Positions 44,599 through 54,991 are shown, numbered from the stretch's first letter. The stretch is 64,000 nt of DNA from Candidatus Eiseniibacteriota bacterium (GCA_963702435.1 CAVPCR010000002.1:96001-160000); one strand, 5' to 3'. The notes: generated by a model from the sequence alone, not told the origin. Program-made: numbers and translations.

Positions 44599-46080
44599 AT
44601 GGCACCGCCCCGGATGTTCCTCCATCCTCTCGCCGCGCTTCCCTTCGTGCCCGGCCTCGCGGCCCACGCCGCGCGCGAGCGGTACCCGGTGTGGCTCGAC
44701 GGGGACGGCGGGCTCACCCAGCGCGGCGGCGCGAGCTTCCTCACATGGAACCCGCATCGGGTGCTCCGCGCCCATGGCGATCGCCTGATCGATGAGCGCT
44801 GGGATCCGGGCCGCGGCCCCGTCGAGTCGCGAAGCGCGACCGGGGATCCGCTCGCGGCCCTTGCGAACGCGCTCGCCGAGGAAAGCGTGGAGCCGGGGAC
44901 GCCACCGGTCCAGTGGGCCTCGGGCGCCGTGCTCGCCCTCGGGTTCGAGCTGGCCGACTGGATCGAGCGACTGCCGCAGCTCGCCCGCGACCATGGCCCG
45001 CACAGCCAGGCGCCTGACCTCGTCGCCGCGTTCTACGACTCGGTCCTCGGGCTCGATGAGACGCGGGGTCGCGCCTGGATCGCTGGCCGCCTCTCGCCGG
45101 GGCGGCCCGTCTCGGGGGTGCTCTCGACTCTCGGTGGGACCGAGCAAGGCGATCTCGAGCGGGCCGTGGGCACGCTGGTGGCGACGGCGCTGCCCGCGCT
45201 TCCCGCGGCGCCGCCTCAAATCGAGCGCGTCGAGATGGGCGAGCCGCCGGCCGACTACGTCGCGGCGATCGCCCGCATCCACGAGCACCTCATAGCCGGC
45301 GACATCTATCAGGTGAACTACTCGCGCGCTCTCCGCGCGTCGTGGCCGGCCGCGCCGCTCGCCCTCTACCTCGCCCACCGCCGCCGCGGCCGCGTTCCGT
45401 TCGGCGCCTTCCTCGATCTCGGCGCGTCGGCGATCGCCTGCTTCTCGCCCGAGCGCTTCCTCGCCCGCCGCGGCGACCATCTCTCGACCTGCCCGATCAA
45501 GGGCACGCGGCCGCGCCGGGCCGACCCGGCCCGAGACCGCGCCGAGCGCGCGGCGCTGGAAGCGAGCGCCAAGGACCTGGCCGAGCACGTCATGATCGTG
45601 GATCTCGAGCGAAACGACCTCGGCCGGGTGGCGCGGCCGGGTTCGGTGCGCGTCGATCCGCTCTTCGCGATCGAGAGCTTTCCGGCCGTGCACCACATGG
45701 TGTCGACCGTGCACGCGATCGCGCGCCCCGGCACGGGCCCGGTCGACCTCCTCCGCGCCACCTTTCCCGGCGGCTCGATCACCGGAGCGCCCAAGATCCG
45801 CGCGATCGAGATCCTGCGCGCGCTCGAGGGCGAGCCGCGCCGGATCTACACGGGTGCCCTCGGCTACTGGGACGCGGGCGGCGATCTCGATCTCGCGATC
45901 CCGATCCGCACGGCGCTCTTGAGCGGCGGCGCGGTCGAGTACCGGGTCGGCGGTGGGATCGTCATCGACTCGACCGCCGCCGGCGAGTATCAGGAAACCT
46001 GCGACAAGGCGCGGAATTTTGCGGAGATCCTGCCGGGCGCGCCCGCGCTCGCGGGAACCGGACCGGAGGACGAGCGATGA
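44599..46080 (+). CDS. pabB: Aminodeoxychorismate synthase component I (anthranilate synthase I family)
   Basis: GDIYQVNYS, SPERF, PIKGTRPR, EHVMIVDLERND, FPGGSITGAPK. Confidence 0.88.
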   Translation: MAPPRMFLHPLAALPFVPGLAAHAARERYPVWLDGDGGLTQRGGASFLTWNPHRVLRAHGDRLIDERWDPGRGPVESRSATGDPLAALANALAEESVEPGTPPVQWASGAVLALGFELADWIERLPQLARDHGPHSQAPDLVAAFYDSVLGLDETRGRAWIAGRLSPGRPVSGVLSTLGGTEQGDLERAVGTLVATALPALPAAPPQIERVEMGEPPADYVAAIARIHEHLIAGDIYQVNYSRALRASWPAAPLALYLAHRRRGRVPFGAFLDLGASAIACFSPERFLARRGDHLSTCPIKGTRPRRADPARDRAERAALEASAKDLAEHVMIVDLERNDLGRVARPGSVRVDPLFAIESFPAVHHMVSTVHAIARPGTGPVDLLRATFPGGSITGAPKIRAIEILRALEGEPRRIYTGALGYWDAGGDLDLAIPIRTALLSGGAVEYRVGGGIVIDSTAAGEYQETCDKARNFAEILPGAPALAGTGPEDER

Positions 46081-46982
46081 CCCGAGGACCCGCACCGGCC
46101 AGCACCCGCAGCACCCCGGTCTGGTTCTGGAACGGCCGCCTCGTCGCCGAGCCGGAGGTCGCCTTGAGCCCCCGCGACCGCGGCTTCCGCTACGGAGACG
46201 GTCTCTACGAGACGCTCCGCGTCCACCGCGGCCGCCTGATCCGCCTCGCCGAGCACCTCGCCCGGATGGCCCAGGGCCTCACCCTCCTCGAGCTCGACCT
46301 CGATCCCACGGCCGCCTTCCCGGCGGCGGACCTGGCCGCGCTCGTGGCCGAGAACGGCCTCTCCGCCGGCGAGGGCCGCCTCCGCCTGGTCGTGACCCGC
46401 GGCAGCGACCGCGGAACGGCCCGCCCTCCGGCCGTCCCCGAGCCCACCCGGCTTGCGAGCGTCGAGCCCCTCCCTCCGGGCGCCCCCGCCTCCGATCCCC
46501 GGCCCATCCGCCTCGCCACGGTGGTCGCGGCGGCGCCCCGACCGGCTGCCTGGGCCGGCTTGAAATCCCTGAACCACCTCGCGTACGTTCTCGCGGCCGC
46601 GGAGGCAGCCCGGTCCGGAGCGGACGAGGCGCTCCTGGTGTATGACGGCAGAGTGAAGGAGACGACGGCGGCCAACGTCTTCCTGGTCCGCGCCGGCGCG
46701 ATCGCCACCCCGCCCCTCGCCGAGGGCATCCTGGCCGGGGTGACCCGCGACTGGGTGATCGCCCTGGCGCGGGAGTGCGGCCTCGCCGTCGAGGAGCGCC
46801 CGATCGCGAGCGCCGAGGTGGCGGAGGCCGAGGAGATCTTCATGAGCGGCTCGGTGTCCGGACTCCGCGCCGCCAGCGCGGTGGACGGGCGACCGGTCGG
46901 AGCCCGGGTGCCCGGGCCGCTCACCGAGCGACTTCGCGCCGCCTATGCCGCGGCCCTCGCCGCCGAGGCCGCCGCGTCCTGA
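46077..46982 (+). CDS. Class IV PLP aminotransferase / ADC lyase-like
   Basis: DRGFRYGDGLYET, LKSLN, ETTAANVF, ILAGVTR; coupled to pabB. Confidence 0.9.
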   Translation: MTRGPAPASTRSTPVWFWNGRLVAEPEVALSPRDRGFRYGDGLYETLRVHRGRLIRLAEHLARMAQGLTLLELDLDPTAAFPAADLAALVAENGLSAGEGRLRLVVTRGSDRGTARPPAVPEPTRLASVEPLPPGAPASDPRPIRLATVVAAAPRPAAWAGLKSLNHLAYVLAAAEAARSGADEALLVYDGRVKETTAANVFLVRAGAIATPPLAEGILAGVTRDWVIALARECGLAVEERPIASAEVAEAEEIFMSGSVSGLRAASAVDGRPVGARVPGPLTERLRAAYAAALAAEAAAS

Positions 46983-47047
46983 TCGCCGCCGCGCGCGGAA
47001 GCACCCGCAACCAGAGATGGATCGAAGGCACTGGAGGAGACCCGCGG

Positions 47048-47563
47048 ATGAACGCCAGTAATTGCTTGAAGACGCCGTTTTTCACGCGGGGCGCGCTCAT
47101 CGCGGCCGGCCTCGCCGCCTTTCTCACCGCCTTCCTCGCGGCGTCCGGCTGCGATGATGACGGCGGCCCCAACGTCTCCGAGAGCTTCCGCGTCGTCCTC
47201 GTCGAGCCGCCGGCGGGCGCAACGGGCATCCCCTGCCCGGACACGGTCTTCGTCACCTTCAACGCGCCGATCGACACGACCGCGATCTACGACGACGAGG
47301 CGCCGCGCTTCTTCCTCGCCACCATCCAGCCGGGAGCCGCCCTCGCCGCGGCCGAGGTCGCCCTCTCCAATCCGGAGACCACCGCCGGAGGCGATCCCAT
47401 CCCGGGCACCGAACGCACGCTCATCCTGCCCTTCACCTTCCTTCCCAACACGAACTACACCTTCAACTTCCTCCTCGCCCGCGGCAAGAACGGCGAAGAG
47501 CTCGAGACGAGCGCCCAGACCTCGTTCCGCACCGCGGGCTCGGGGCAGCAAGGCTGCCCGTAG
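47048..47563 (+). CDS. Lipoprotein with Ig-like (Big_5-like) domain
   Basis: Lipobox LAASG-C; VEPPAGATGIP..VFVTFNAPID. Confidence 0.7.
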   Translation: MNASNCLKTPFFTRGALIAAGLAAFLTAFLAASGCDDDGGPNVSESFRVVLVEPPAGATGIPCPDTVFVTFNAPIDTTAIYDDEAPRFFLATIQPGAALAAAEVALSNPETTAGGDPIPGTERTLILPFTFLPNTNYTFNFLLARGKNGEELETSAQTSFRTAGSGQQGCP

Positions 47564-47574
47564 GCCGGCCCGCC

Positions 47575-49473
47575 GTGCGGCCCCTCCGCGCCGGACTCGC
47601 GTCTACCGTCCTCGCCGTCGTCGTTCTCGGCGCGCTCGTCGCCCTGGGCACGCTCATCCGCCTCGAACCGGTGCGTCGCGCGGGCGGCGTCGAGTTCGAC
47701 TTCGACCCCGCCTTCCACTTCCGCATGGTGGCGACCGTGCTCGCGACGGGGCACGTGCCGCCGGTGGACCGGCTCGGCCTCGCCCCGGAAGGAAAACCGA
47801 TCCCGACCGTGCTCCCCACGCTCCTCTACCCGGCCGTCGCCGGGTGGCACCGGATTCTCGCGCGCGGCGGTCTCACGCCGGCGCTCGAGTGGTCCGCCGT
47901 CCTCTTCGTGAGCCTCGCCGGCGCCCTGATCGGAGTGCCGCTCTACCTCGCAGCCCGCGGCCTCGGGCTCGGGCGCGGGCCCGCTCTCCTCGGCGCCGCC
48001 TTCGCCGTCCTCTCCCCGGCCCACATCCATCGCACGGCGGGCCCGTGGCTCCGCTACGACGCGCTCGGCGCGCTCCTCGTCCTCGGCCACATCGCCGCCC
48101 TTGCCGTCGCGGTCGCGGCGGCGATGCGGCACGGGCGATCGCTCGCCGCGTTCGCCGCGCTCGTCGCGGCGCTCCTCTTCGGCGCCGCGGTCGCGGCCTG
48201 GCGCGTGCCGCTCCTTCTCGTCCCGCTCGAGTCGGCCGCCCTCCTCGGCCTCCTCGCCGCCGGGCGGCTCAGAGCGCTCCACTTCCGCGCGGTCGCCCCC
48301 GGGCTCGTCCTCGCCCTCGCCCTCGCCCTCATCGTCCCCTACCTCCGCGCTTCGGGATTCCTCTGGAGCCGGAGCGGGGTCTTCACTCTCGCCACGCTCG
48401 GCGCCGCGGTCCTCGTCCTCGCGACGGGCCTCGGCTCCGGCGCCGGCCCGCGCCGCGGCGACCCGCGCATCACCCGCGGCGCGCTCGTTCTCGCCGTCCT
48501 CGCCGTCACGCTCCTCGCCGCCGCCCCCTCCGCCTACGACAGCGTGAGCGGCGCGGTGGCCCGGCGGCTCGGCCTCGGCGGCGCGGACATCGGCTCGACA
48601 CTCCTCGCCACCAACTCCGAGATGGCGAGCCCGCGCCTTCGCCACCTCGTCGATGCCGACTACTTCTCGGCCGTCTTGCCCCTGGCGCTGATTTATGCGG
48701 TGTTACGCAGTTTTCCGCGGAAGGCCCCGCTCCTCGGAGCCGCGGCCGCGGCGGCCCGGCCCGGGCTTCTCGTCTGGCACGCGGCGTCCGCCGTCTTCCT
48801 CGTGCTCACGCTCTTCTTCGCGCGCAACAAGGTGATCGCCGGGCCGCTCCTCGCGCTTTACCCGGCGCTCCTCGCCGACCAGGCTTTCCGCCCGCGCCCC
48901 GGCGGCACCGCCCGCCGCCTCCTGGCCGCCTTGCTCGTCGGAGCCGGGCTCCTCTGGTGCGCGTACGACGCGCACCGGCTGGTGCGGGTGCTCCCCGCCC
49001 GCCCGGATGCGGAGATGCGCGCCGCGCTCTCCTGGCTCCGCTCCGCCGCGCGCCCCGGCGATATCGTCCTCGGCGACTGGGGACCCGGCTACGCGATCCA
49101 GCTCGCGACGGGCCTCCCCACCGTGACCGACGGCCTCCTCGAGCTCCCTGCCATGCGCGAGCGGATCGCTGCCTTCGGCGCCGCGCTCTACGCCGAGGAC
49201 GAGAACGAGCTCCTCGCCCTCGCGCGCCGGCATCGCGCGCGCTTCCTGTGGATCCCGGCCGCCAAGCGGCAGATCCATGCCGCGTACGCCGGCCGCCGCT
49301 ACGCGGACTACTTCAGCGCCGCGGGTCCCACCGCGCGCGGCGCGCGCACGACCTACGCCCGGCTCCTCGACCGCCCCGAGGAGATCGCCGGGCTCACCTT
49401 GCGCTACCGCGCCGGCCCGCATCTCCTCTTCGAGGTGACGGCACCGCCCGGCGCCGCCGGTTCGATTCGATGA
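47575..49473 (+). CDS. STT3/PglB/AglB-like GT-C membrane glycosyltransferase
   Basis: Many TM helices; DFDPAFHFR, TNSE, VLGDWGPGYAIQ, TVTDG. Confidence 0.68.
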   Translation: MRPLRAGLASTVLAVVVLGALVALGTLIRLEPVRRAGGVEFDFDPAFHFRMVATVLATGHVPPVDRLGLAPEGKPIPTVLPTLLYPAVAGWHRILARGGLTPALEWSAVLFVSLAGALIGVPLYLAARGLGLGRGPALLGAAFAVLSPAHIHRTAGPWLRYDALGALLVLGHIAALAVAVAAAMRHGRSLAAFAALVAALLFGAAVAAWRVPLLLVPLESAALLGLLAAGRLRALHFRAVAPGLVLALALALIVPYLRASGFLWSRSGVFTLATLGAAVLVLATGLGSGAGPRRGDPRITRGALVLAVLAVTLLAAAPSAYDSVSGAVARRLGLGGADIGSTLLATNSEMASPRLRHLVDADYFSAVLPLALIYAVLRSFPRKAPLLGAAAAAARPGLLVWHAASAVFLVLTLFFARNKVIAGPLLALYPALLADQAFRPRPGGTARRLLAALLVGAGLLWCAYDAHRLVRVLPARPDAEMRAALSWLRSAARPGDIVLGDWGPGYAIQLATGLPTVTDGLLELPAMRERIAAFGAALYAEDENELLALARRHRARFLWIPAAKRQIHAAYAGRRYADYFSAAGPTARGARTTYARLLDRPEEIAGLTLRYRAGPHLLFEVTAPPGAAGSIR

Positions 49474-49600
49474 CGCAATCATTGTGCAATGCACGCGTAC
49501 ACCCGCGCGGCGTCCGGCTCGTCCGCGCTCTCACCGCCCTCCTCCTCGCCGGCGGCGGCGCCGCGCCGCCGGTCCGATCGGTCGCGTCGCCGGCGGCCGC

Positions 49601-51649
49601 CTAGCGGGGGACGATCATCGCGTCGGCGCGCACGATTCCCTCGTCCTGGAAGGTCTCGAGCGCCGCGGCGGCGTCTGCCCTGGTCGCATAGCTGCCGACG
49701 AGCACGCGATGCCAGAGGTCGCCCTCGACATCCGCCGCCCGGATGTCCACCGGGGATCGCGTCCGCCGCGCCCAGAAGGCGCGCGTCGCGGCGATCGTCT
49801 GCTGATCGCCGTCGATGAACGATTCGACCTGGATCCGGAACTCGCCGGTCGGGGGCGACGGCGACGCGGCGGGCTCCGCGCTCGCCGGCGGCGATGCCGG
49901 CGCTGTCGCCACGCTCGTGGCCTCGCCCGCGCTCGCCGGCGGCGATGCCGGCGCTGTCGCCATGCTCGCGGGCTCGCCCGCGCTCGCCGGCGGCGATGCC
50001 GGCGCTGTCGCCACGCTCGTGGCCTCGCCCGCGCTCGCCGGCGGCGATGCCGGCGCGGTCACCACGCTCGCGGCCTCGCCCGCCGCCGGCCTCTCCCCTT
50101 CCTCTGGAGCCGGCTCCCGGGCGCCGTCCTCTGCGGAGGAAGGCGCGGCCGCCGAGACCGGCGCCTCCGCCGCGGTCCCCGGCTGCTGCATCGCCGGGCC
50201 CTGCGGCCCGCGCGCCCATTGCCAGACAAAGAACCCGGCCGCTCCCGCGCACAGGAGGAGCAGGAGGGAGAGTCCGAGCGACACCGAACGCCGGCCCAAC
50301 CGCGGGGCCGCCTCCGCGAAGAGGATGGCCTGGCGTGGGGGGCCTCCGTGGACGACGCGGGGGGGAACGGCGGTGCCGTGTCCGGCCTCCACCCGCGGCG
50401 GACCGGCCGCCGCGGCGCCGCCGCCCGCCGTGGACCGCGGCCGAGGCGGGGCGGCGGCCGGGACCGGCGGCTCCGCCGCGCCCGGCTCGGGCCGCGCGCG
50501 CTCCCCGCTCCCACCCTTGACGACGCCGAGGGCCGGACGCCGGAGCCGATCGCCATCGGGGCCGGGAGCGGACGGGCTCGCCATGCCGCCCGGTAGCCCT
50601 GCCGCGACGGGTGCCGGCGCCGCCGACGGCGGCGCCGCGGGGGCTGCCGCCGGCGGGGCCAGCATCGGCGGCGGGGGCGCCGACTCGGGGGCAGGGGCCG
50701 GGGGCAAGATCGGCGCCGGGGCCGGCGGACTCGCGGCTCCCCCATTCGCCGTCGCCGGCGGACTCGCGGGCGCACCTGTCCCGCGGACCTCGGGGCGCGG
50801 CAGGCGGGCGCGGGGCACCGGTATCTCCTCGCCGAAGATCGAGGACCAGGCGAACTCGTCGACCACCGCCTGCACGTGCTCGGGGAGGACGCGCGCCGCC
50901 CCGGCAACGAACGCATTGATCAGCGCCTGGCTCGCCACGATGTTGATCTCGCGCGGGATGCCGTGCGTGAGGCGATGAACCGCCCGCGCGCTGTCGCTCC
51001 CGAAGACGGCCGCCGCGTCGCCGCCCGCCACCGCGACGCGATGGTGCAGGTAGGCGAGCGTCTCCTCCTCGGTCAGCGGCCCCAGGCGATAGCGGATGCC
51101 GATCCGCTGCCGGAGCTGGCGGAGCTCCGGCCGGGCGAGCTTCCGCTCGAGCTCCGGCTGCCCGACGAGCGCGATCTGGATCAGCTTTCCGTCGGCCCGC
51201 TCGAGGTTCGAGAGGAGCCGGATCTCCTCGAGCGCCGCGCTGTCGAAGTTCTGCGCCTCGTCGAGGATGAGGAGCGAGCCGAGGCCGCGCTCCACGCGCG
51301 AGAGGAGAAACCGCTCGAGCGTTCCGAGAAGGGCGGGCTTCGACGGCGCCGGCGGCACCTCGAGCCCGAAGCGGCGGCAGATCTCCTCGAGCAGCTCCGG
51401 GATGGTGAGCGTCGAGTTGGCGACGAAGGCGATCGCGTAGGCGGTCGGCAGCTGCGCGAGGAGATCGAAGAGCGCGGTCGTCTTGCCGGTGCCGACCTCG
51501 CCCGTGATGAGCACGAAGCCCTCGCCGTTCTCCACCCAGTAGCGGAGATGGGCCAGCGCCTCGCCATGCTCGTGGCTCTGGAAGATGAACCGCGGATTGG
51601 GCGCGAGCGCGAAGGGGTTCTCGCGCAGATGGAAGAATTCTTCGAACAT
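49601..51649 (-). CDS. ExeA/GspA-like AAA ATPase with TM helix and C-terminal SPOR-like domain
   Basis: FFHLRENPF, GEVGTGKT, LILDEAQN, LVGQPEL, GIPREIN; C-terminus WHRVLVGSY. Confidence 0.88.
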   Translation of the reverse strand: MFEEFFHLRENPFALAPNPRFIFQSHEHGEALAHLRYWVENGEGFVLITGEVGTGKTTALFDLLAQLPTAYAIAFVANSTLTIPELLEEICRRFGLEVPPAPSKPALLGTLERFLLSRVERGLGSLLILDEAQNFDSAALEEIRLLSNLERADGKLIQIALVGQPELERKLARPELRQLRQRIGIRYRLGPLTEEETLAYLHHRVAVAGGDAAAVFGSDSARAVHRLTHGIPREINIVASQALINAFVAGAARVLPEHVQAVVDEFAWSSIFGEEIPVPRARLPRPEVRGTGAPASPPATANGGAASPPAPAPILPPAPAPESAPPPPMLAPPAAAPAAPPSAAPAPVAAGLPGGMASPSAPGPDGDRLRRPALGVVKGGSGERARPEPGAAEPPVPAAAPPRPRSTAGGGAAAAGPPRVEAGHGTAVPPRVVHGGPPRQAILFAEAAPRLGRRSVSLGLSLLLLLCAGAAGFFVWQWARGPQGPAMQQPGTAAEAPVSAAAPSSAEDGAREPAPEEGERPAAGEAASVVTAPASPPASAGEATSVATAPASPPASAGEPASMATAPASPPASAGEATSVATAPASPPASAEPAASPSPPTGEFRIQVESFIDGDQQTIAATRAFWARRTRSPVDIRAADVEGDLWHRVLVGSYATRADAAAALETFQDEGIVRADAMIVPR
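49881..50082 (-). repeat. Coding 51-bp (17-aa) tandem repeat x4 in the linker
   Basis: ASPPASAGEATSVATAP-like units. Confidence 0.9.
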
Positions 51650-51762
51650 GCGGTGTGGCGTTGCTCTCCGGCCCGCGCACCCCCGTGGTCAGCGCGCCGT
51701 CGAGTCCCGCTCCTTGTTATCGGCCGATGGGGGAAGATGGCCCAGCCCAAAAGGCGAGGGCA

Positions 51763-51888
51763 CGAGCCCGGCTGCCGCAGCGAGCCCGGCCGCCGCAGCG
51801 AGCCCGGCTGCCGCAGCGAGCCCGGCTGCCGCAGCGAGCCCGGCTGCCGCAGCGAGCCCGGCTGCCGCAGCGAGCCCGGCTGCCGCGG
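51763..51888. repeat. Intergenic 18-bp tandem repeat CGAGCCCGGCTGCCGCAG x7
   Basis: Read directly. Confidence 0.95.
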
Positions 51889-51904
51889 CGGGCCCGCCCG
51901 GCCT

Positions 51905-52825
51905 TCAGGCGAGATCGAAGTGGGCGATCGCCATGAGCTCCCGGTAGCGCCGGTCGAGGTCGGCGCGACTCAGGCCGACGAGACCATCTACCGAGAACCG
52001 CTCGACGCTGAAAGAGGCCGCCACGGTGCCGTAGACCACGGCCCGCCGGAGCGCCGCGGGGTCCCTCCCGCCGTGGGCCGCCAGGTAGCCGACGAATCCG
52101 CCGGCGAAGGTGTCGCCGGCTCCGGTGGGATCGTACACCATCTCCACCGGATAGGACGGCGCCGCGAACGTCTCGTTCTTCGTCATCAGGATTGCGCCGT
52201 GCTCTCCCTTCTTGACCACCACCACCTCGGGCCCCATGGCCAGGATGGCCCGGGCCGCCTTCCACAGGTTCGATTCGCCGGCGAGATCGCGCGCCTCGCC
52301 GTCGTTCAGGATGAAGATGTGCACCTTCCCGAGCGTGCGCACGAGCGCGTCTCGCTTCCCCGTGATCCAGAAGTTCATGGTGTCGCAGACCACGAGCTCG
52401 GGGGCGCGCACCTGGTCGAGGACCTCCTGCTGCAGATCCGGATCGATGTTGGCGAGGAAGAGGAAGCGCGAGCCGCGGAGTCGCCCGTCGAGCCGGGGCT
52501 TGAAATCCTGGAACACGTTCAGATGCGTGAAGAGAGTGGTGCGCTGATTCAGATCGGCGCCGTACTCCCCGCCCCAGCGGAAGCTCGCACCCGGCGCCAC
52601 CTCGATCGAGGCGAGGTCGATGCCGGCGCGCGCGAGCAGGTCGAGATGGACCGATGGGAAATCGCGGCCGACCACCGCCACCACCGCGACCGGCGCGAAG
52701 AGCCGGGCGGCGAGCGCGAAGTAGGACGCCGAGCCGCCGAGGACCTCGGTCGCCTCGCCGAGCGGGGTCTTCACCGTGTCGAGGGCGAGCGAGCCGACGA
52801 CCACGATCGGGTGCTGGTCGCTCAT
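51905..52825 (-). CDS. PfkB-family carbohydrate/nucleoside kinase
   Basis: VVGSLALD, GGSASY, KKGEHGA, DPTGAGDTFAGG. Confidence 0.93.
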   Translation of the reverse strand: MSDQHPIVVVGSLALDTVKTPLGEATEVLGGSASYFALAARLFAPVAVVAVVGRDFPSVHLDLLARAGIDLASIEVAPGASFRWGGEYGADLNQRTTLFTHLNVFQDFKPRLDGRLRGSRFLFLANIDPDLQQEVLDQVRAPELVVCDTMNFWITGKRDALVRTLGKVHIFILNDGEARDLAGESNLWKAARAILAMGPEVVVVKKGEHGAILMTKNETFAAPSYPVEMVYDPTGAGDTFAGGFVGYLAAHGGRDPAALRRAVVYGTVAASFSVERFSVDGLVGLSRADLDRRYRELMAIAHFDLA

Positions 52826-52899
52826 TCCGGATGGCGGAGTCACTGCGCTTCTCCTCAGGGATCGGGATGGATCGGGGACGGCGATCCCGCCCGGGATCG

Positions 52900-54564
52900 C
52901 TACATGCGGTCGGGGGCGCTCACGCCGATGAGATCGAGTCCGCGGCGGAGCACGATGCGGGTGGCGCTGACGAGCCCGAGCCGCGCCTGCATGAGCTCCT
53001 CCTCCACGCCGACCACCCGCTCGAGGTGATAGAAGCGGTGGAAGAGCGCGGCCACCTCGCGGAGGTAGTTGGTCATCCGGTGCGGCTCGCGCGCGAGCGC
53101 CGCGCCGCTCACCACCTCGGGCAGGCCGAGGAGGAGCTTCGCGAGCTCGAGCTCGGCCGGCTCGACCAGCTGCTCGAACCGGATCTCCGCCGGCGGCCGC
53201 TCGGCGACGCCCTGGCGGCGCGCGTTGGCCAGGATCTGGGCGATCCGCGCGTACGCGTACTGGACGTAGAAGCAGGGATTCTCCTCGGTCTGCGCAGTCG
53301 CCAGGTCGAGGTCGAAGTCGAGGTGCGCGTTGGTCCGCCGCATGAGGAAGAAGAAGCGGGCCGGATCGGGCCCGACTTCGTCGATGAGCTCCGCGAGGGT
53401 CACGAACTCGCCCGCGCGCTTCGACATCTTGACCGGCTGTCCGCCGCGCAGCAGGTTCACCTGCTGGACGATGAGCACCTCGAGCCAGTCGCGCCCGAAG
53501 CCGAGCGCCTGGGCCGCGGCCTGCATGCGCGGGATGTGGCCGTGGTGATCCGGACCCCAGATGTCGATCACGCGCGCGAACCCGCGCGCACGCTTGTCGG
53601 CGTGATAGGCGATGTCGGCAAGGAAGTAGGTCGGCGTGCCGTCCGAGCGGACGACCACCCGATCGGCGTCGTCGCCGAAGGCGGTCGTCGTGAACCAGAG
53701 CGCGCCGTCGCGTTCGCTGATGAAGCCTCCGGCGCGGAGCGCGGCGAGCGCCCGGTCGAGCGCGCCCGCTGAGTGGAGCGCCGACTCCCGCGCCCACACG
53801 TCGAAGCGAACGCCGAAGCGCTCGAGATGCTCGCGCTGGGCGCGCACCATGGCATCGACGCCGAGCTCGCCGAGGCGGGCGAGCCGGGCCTCGCCGGCAA
53901 GTCCGGCCAGGGCGCCCCCGCCCGCCGCCGCCAGGGCGACCGCGCGCACGTACTCGCCGTGATAGCCCTCCTCGGGAATGGCGGCCGGCTCGCCGGCGGC
54001 CTCGCGGAGCCGGGCCTCCATCGACGCGGCGAACAGCCGCACCTGGTTCCCGGCGTCGTTCACGTAGAACTCGCTCGCCGCGGCATGGCCGGAGGCCGCG
54101 AGCAGGCGGACGAGGGTGTCGCCGACCGCAGCCGCGCGTGCGCTGACCACGTTCAGGGGGCCGGTCGGATTCGCGCTCACGTACTCGACCTGCACGCGCG
54201 CTCCGCCGCCGGCCCGGCTCTCCCCGAAGCGGTCCGCGTCCCCCAGAATCCGCGCGAGCTCCTCCCGGACCCAGGCGTCGGCCACGCGGAAGTTGAGGAA
54301 CCCCGGCCCGGCGATCGAGACCGCGGCGATCCGCCTGGGGTCGAGACGGAGCCGCTCGACGAGGGCGGCGGCCACCTCGCGCGGCGCCCGGCGCTCGCTC
54401 CTGGCGAGAACGAGCGCGAGGCTCGAGGCGTAGTCTCCGTGCTCCTTCTGGCGTGGGGTCTCGAGCGGCACGTCGGGCACCGCCTCGGGCGCGAGGTCGA
54501 GGGCGGCGACCGCCGCGCGCGCCAGCTCCGAGCGCAGGTAGCTGTCGATCTGGGGAGTCGTCAA
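52900..54564 (-). CDS. argS: Arginine--tRNA ligase
   Basis: HGDYA, AGPGFLN, EYVSANPTGPL, YFLADIAYH, KMSKRAG, YVQYAYAR, GVSAPDRM. Confidence 0.96.
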   Translation of the reverse strand: MTTPQIDSYLRSELARAAVAALDLAPEAVPDVPLETPRQKEHGDYASSLALVLARSERRAPREVAAALVERLRLDPRRIAAVSIAGPGFLNFRVADAWVREELARILGDADRFGESRAGGGARVQVEYVSANPTGPLNVVSARAAAVGDTLVRLLAASGHAAASEFYVNDAGNQVRLFAASMEARLREAAGEPAAIPEEGYHGEYVRAVALAAAGGGALAGLAGEARLARLGELGVDAMVRAQREHLERFGVRFDVWARESALHSAGALDRALAALRAGGFISERDGALWFTTTAFGDDADRVVVRSDGTPTYFLADIAYHADKRARGFARVIDIWGPDHHGHIPRMQAAAQALGFGRDWLEVLIVQQVNLLRGGQPVKMSKRAGEFVTLAELIDEVGPDPARFFFLMRRTNAHLDFDLDLATAQTEENPCFYVQYAYARIAQILANARRQGVAERPPAEIRFEQLVEPAELELAKLLLGLPEVVSGAALAREPHRMTNYLREVAALFHRFYHLERVVGVEEELMQARLGLVSATRIVLRRGLDLIGVSAPDRM

Positions 54565-54917
54565 TCGCCGACAGCCTCGCGCGGCGCGTCGCCCCACAGG
54601 TCCTCGAGGCGGTAGTAGAGCCGCGTCTCGCGATGGAAGACGTGCACGACGACGTCGACCAGGTCGATCAGGATCCAGGTCCGCCCGGCATGGCCCTCGA
54701 CGTGCCAGGGCTCGTGCCCCTCCGCGGCGAGCCCTTCGATGATCGAGTCGGCGATCGCCTTCACCTGGACATCGGAATCGCCGTGGCAGACGACGAAGTA
54801 ATCGCAGACCGTGGACAGCCCGGTCAGGTCGAGGAGGAGGATGTCCTCCGCCTTCTTGCCAAGCGCCAGCTCGGCGGCCGCGCGGGCGAGTGCCCGCGCC
54901 TCCTCCTGCGGTTGCAC
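54561..54917 (-). CDS. rsfS: Ribosome silencing factor
   Basis: KKAEDI, DYFVVC, WILID..DVVVHVF..R.YY.LE.LW. Confidence 0.95.
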   Translation of the reverse strand: MQPQEEARALARAAAELALGKKAEDILLLDLTGLSTVCDYFVVCHGDSDVQVKAIADSIIEGLAAEGHEPWHVEGHAGRTWILIDLVDVVVHVFHRETRLYYRLEDLWGDAPREAVGD

Positions 54918-54991
54918 GCGCCGCCGGGTCCGTCTGGCTGATTCACGCCGGTCCAGTCGCTCGCTCCTCGTTGTCTCGCCGGGTCGCCGGC

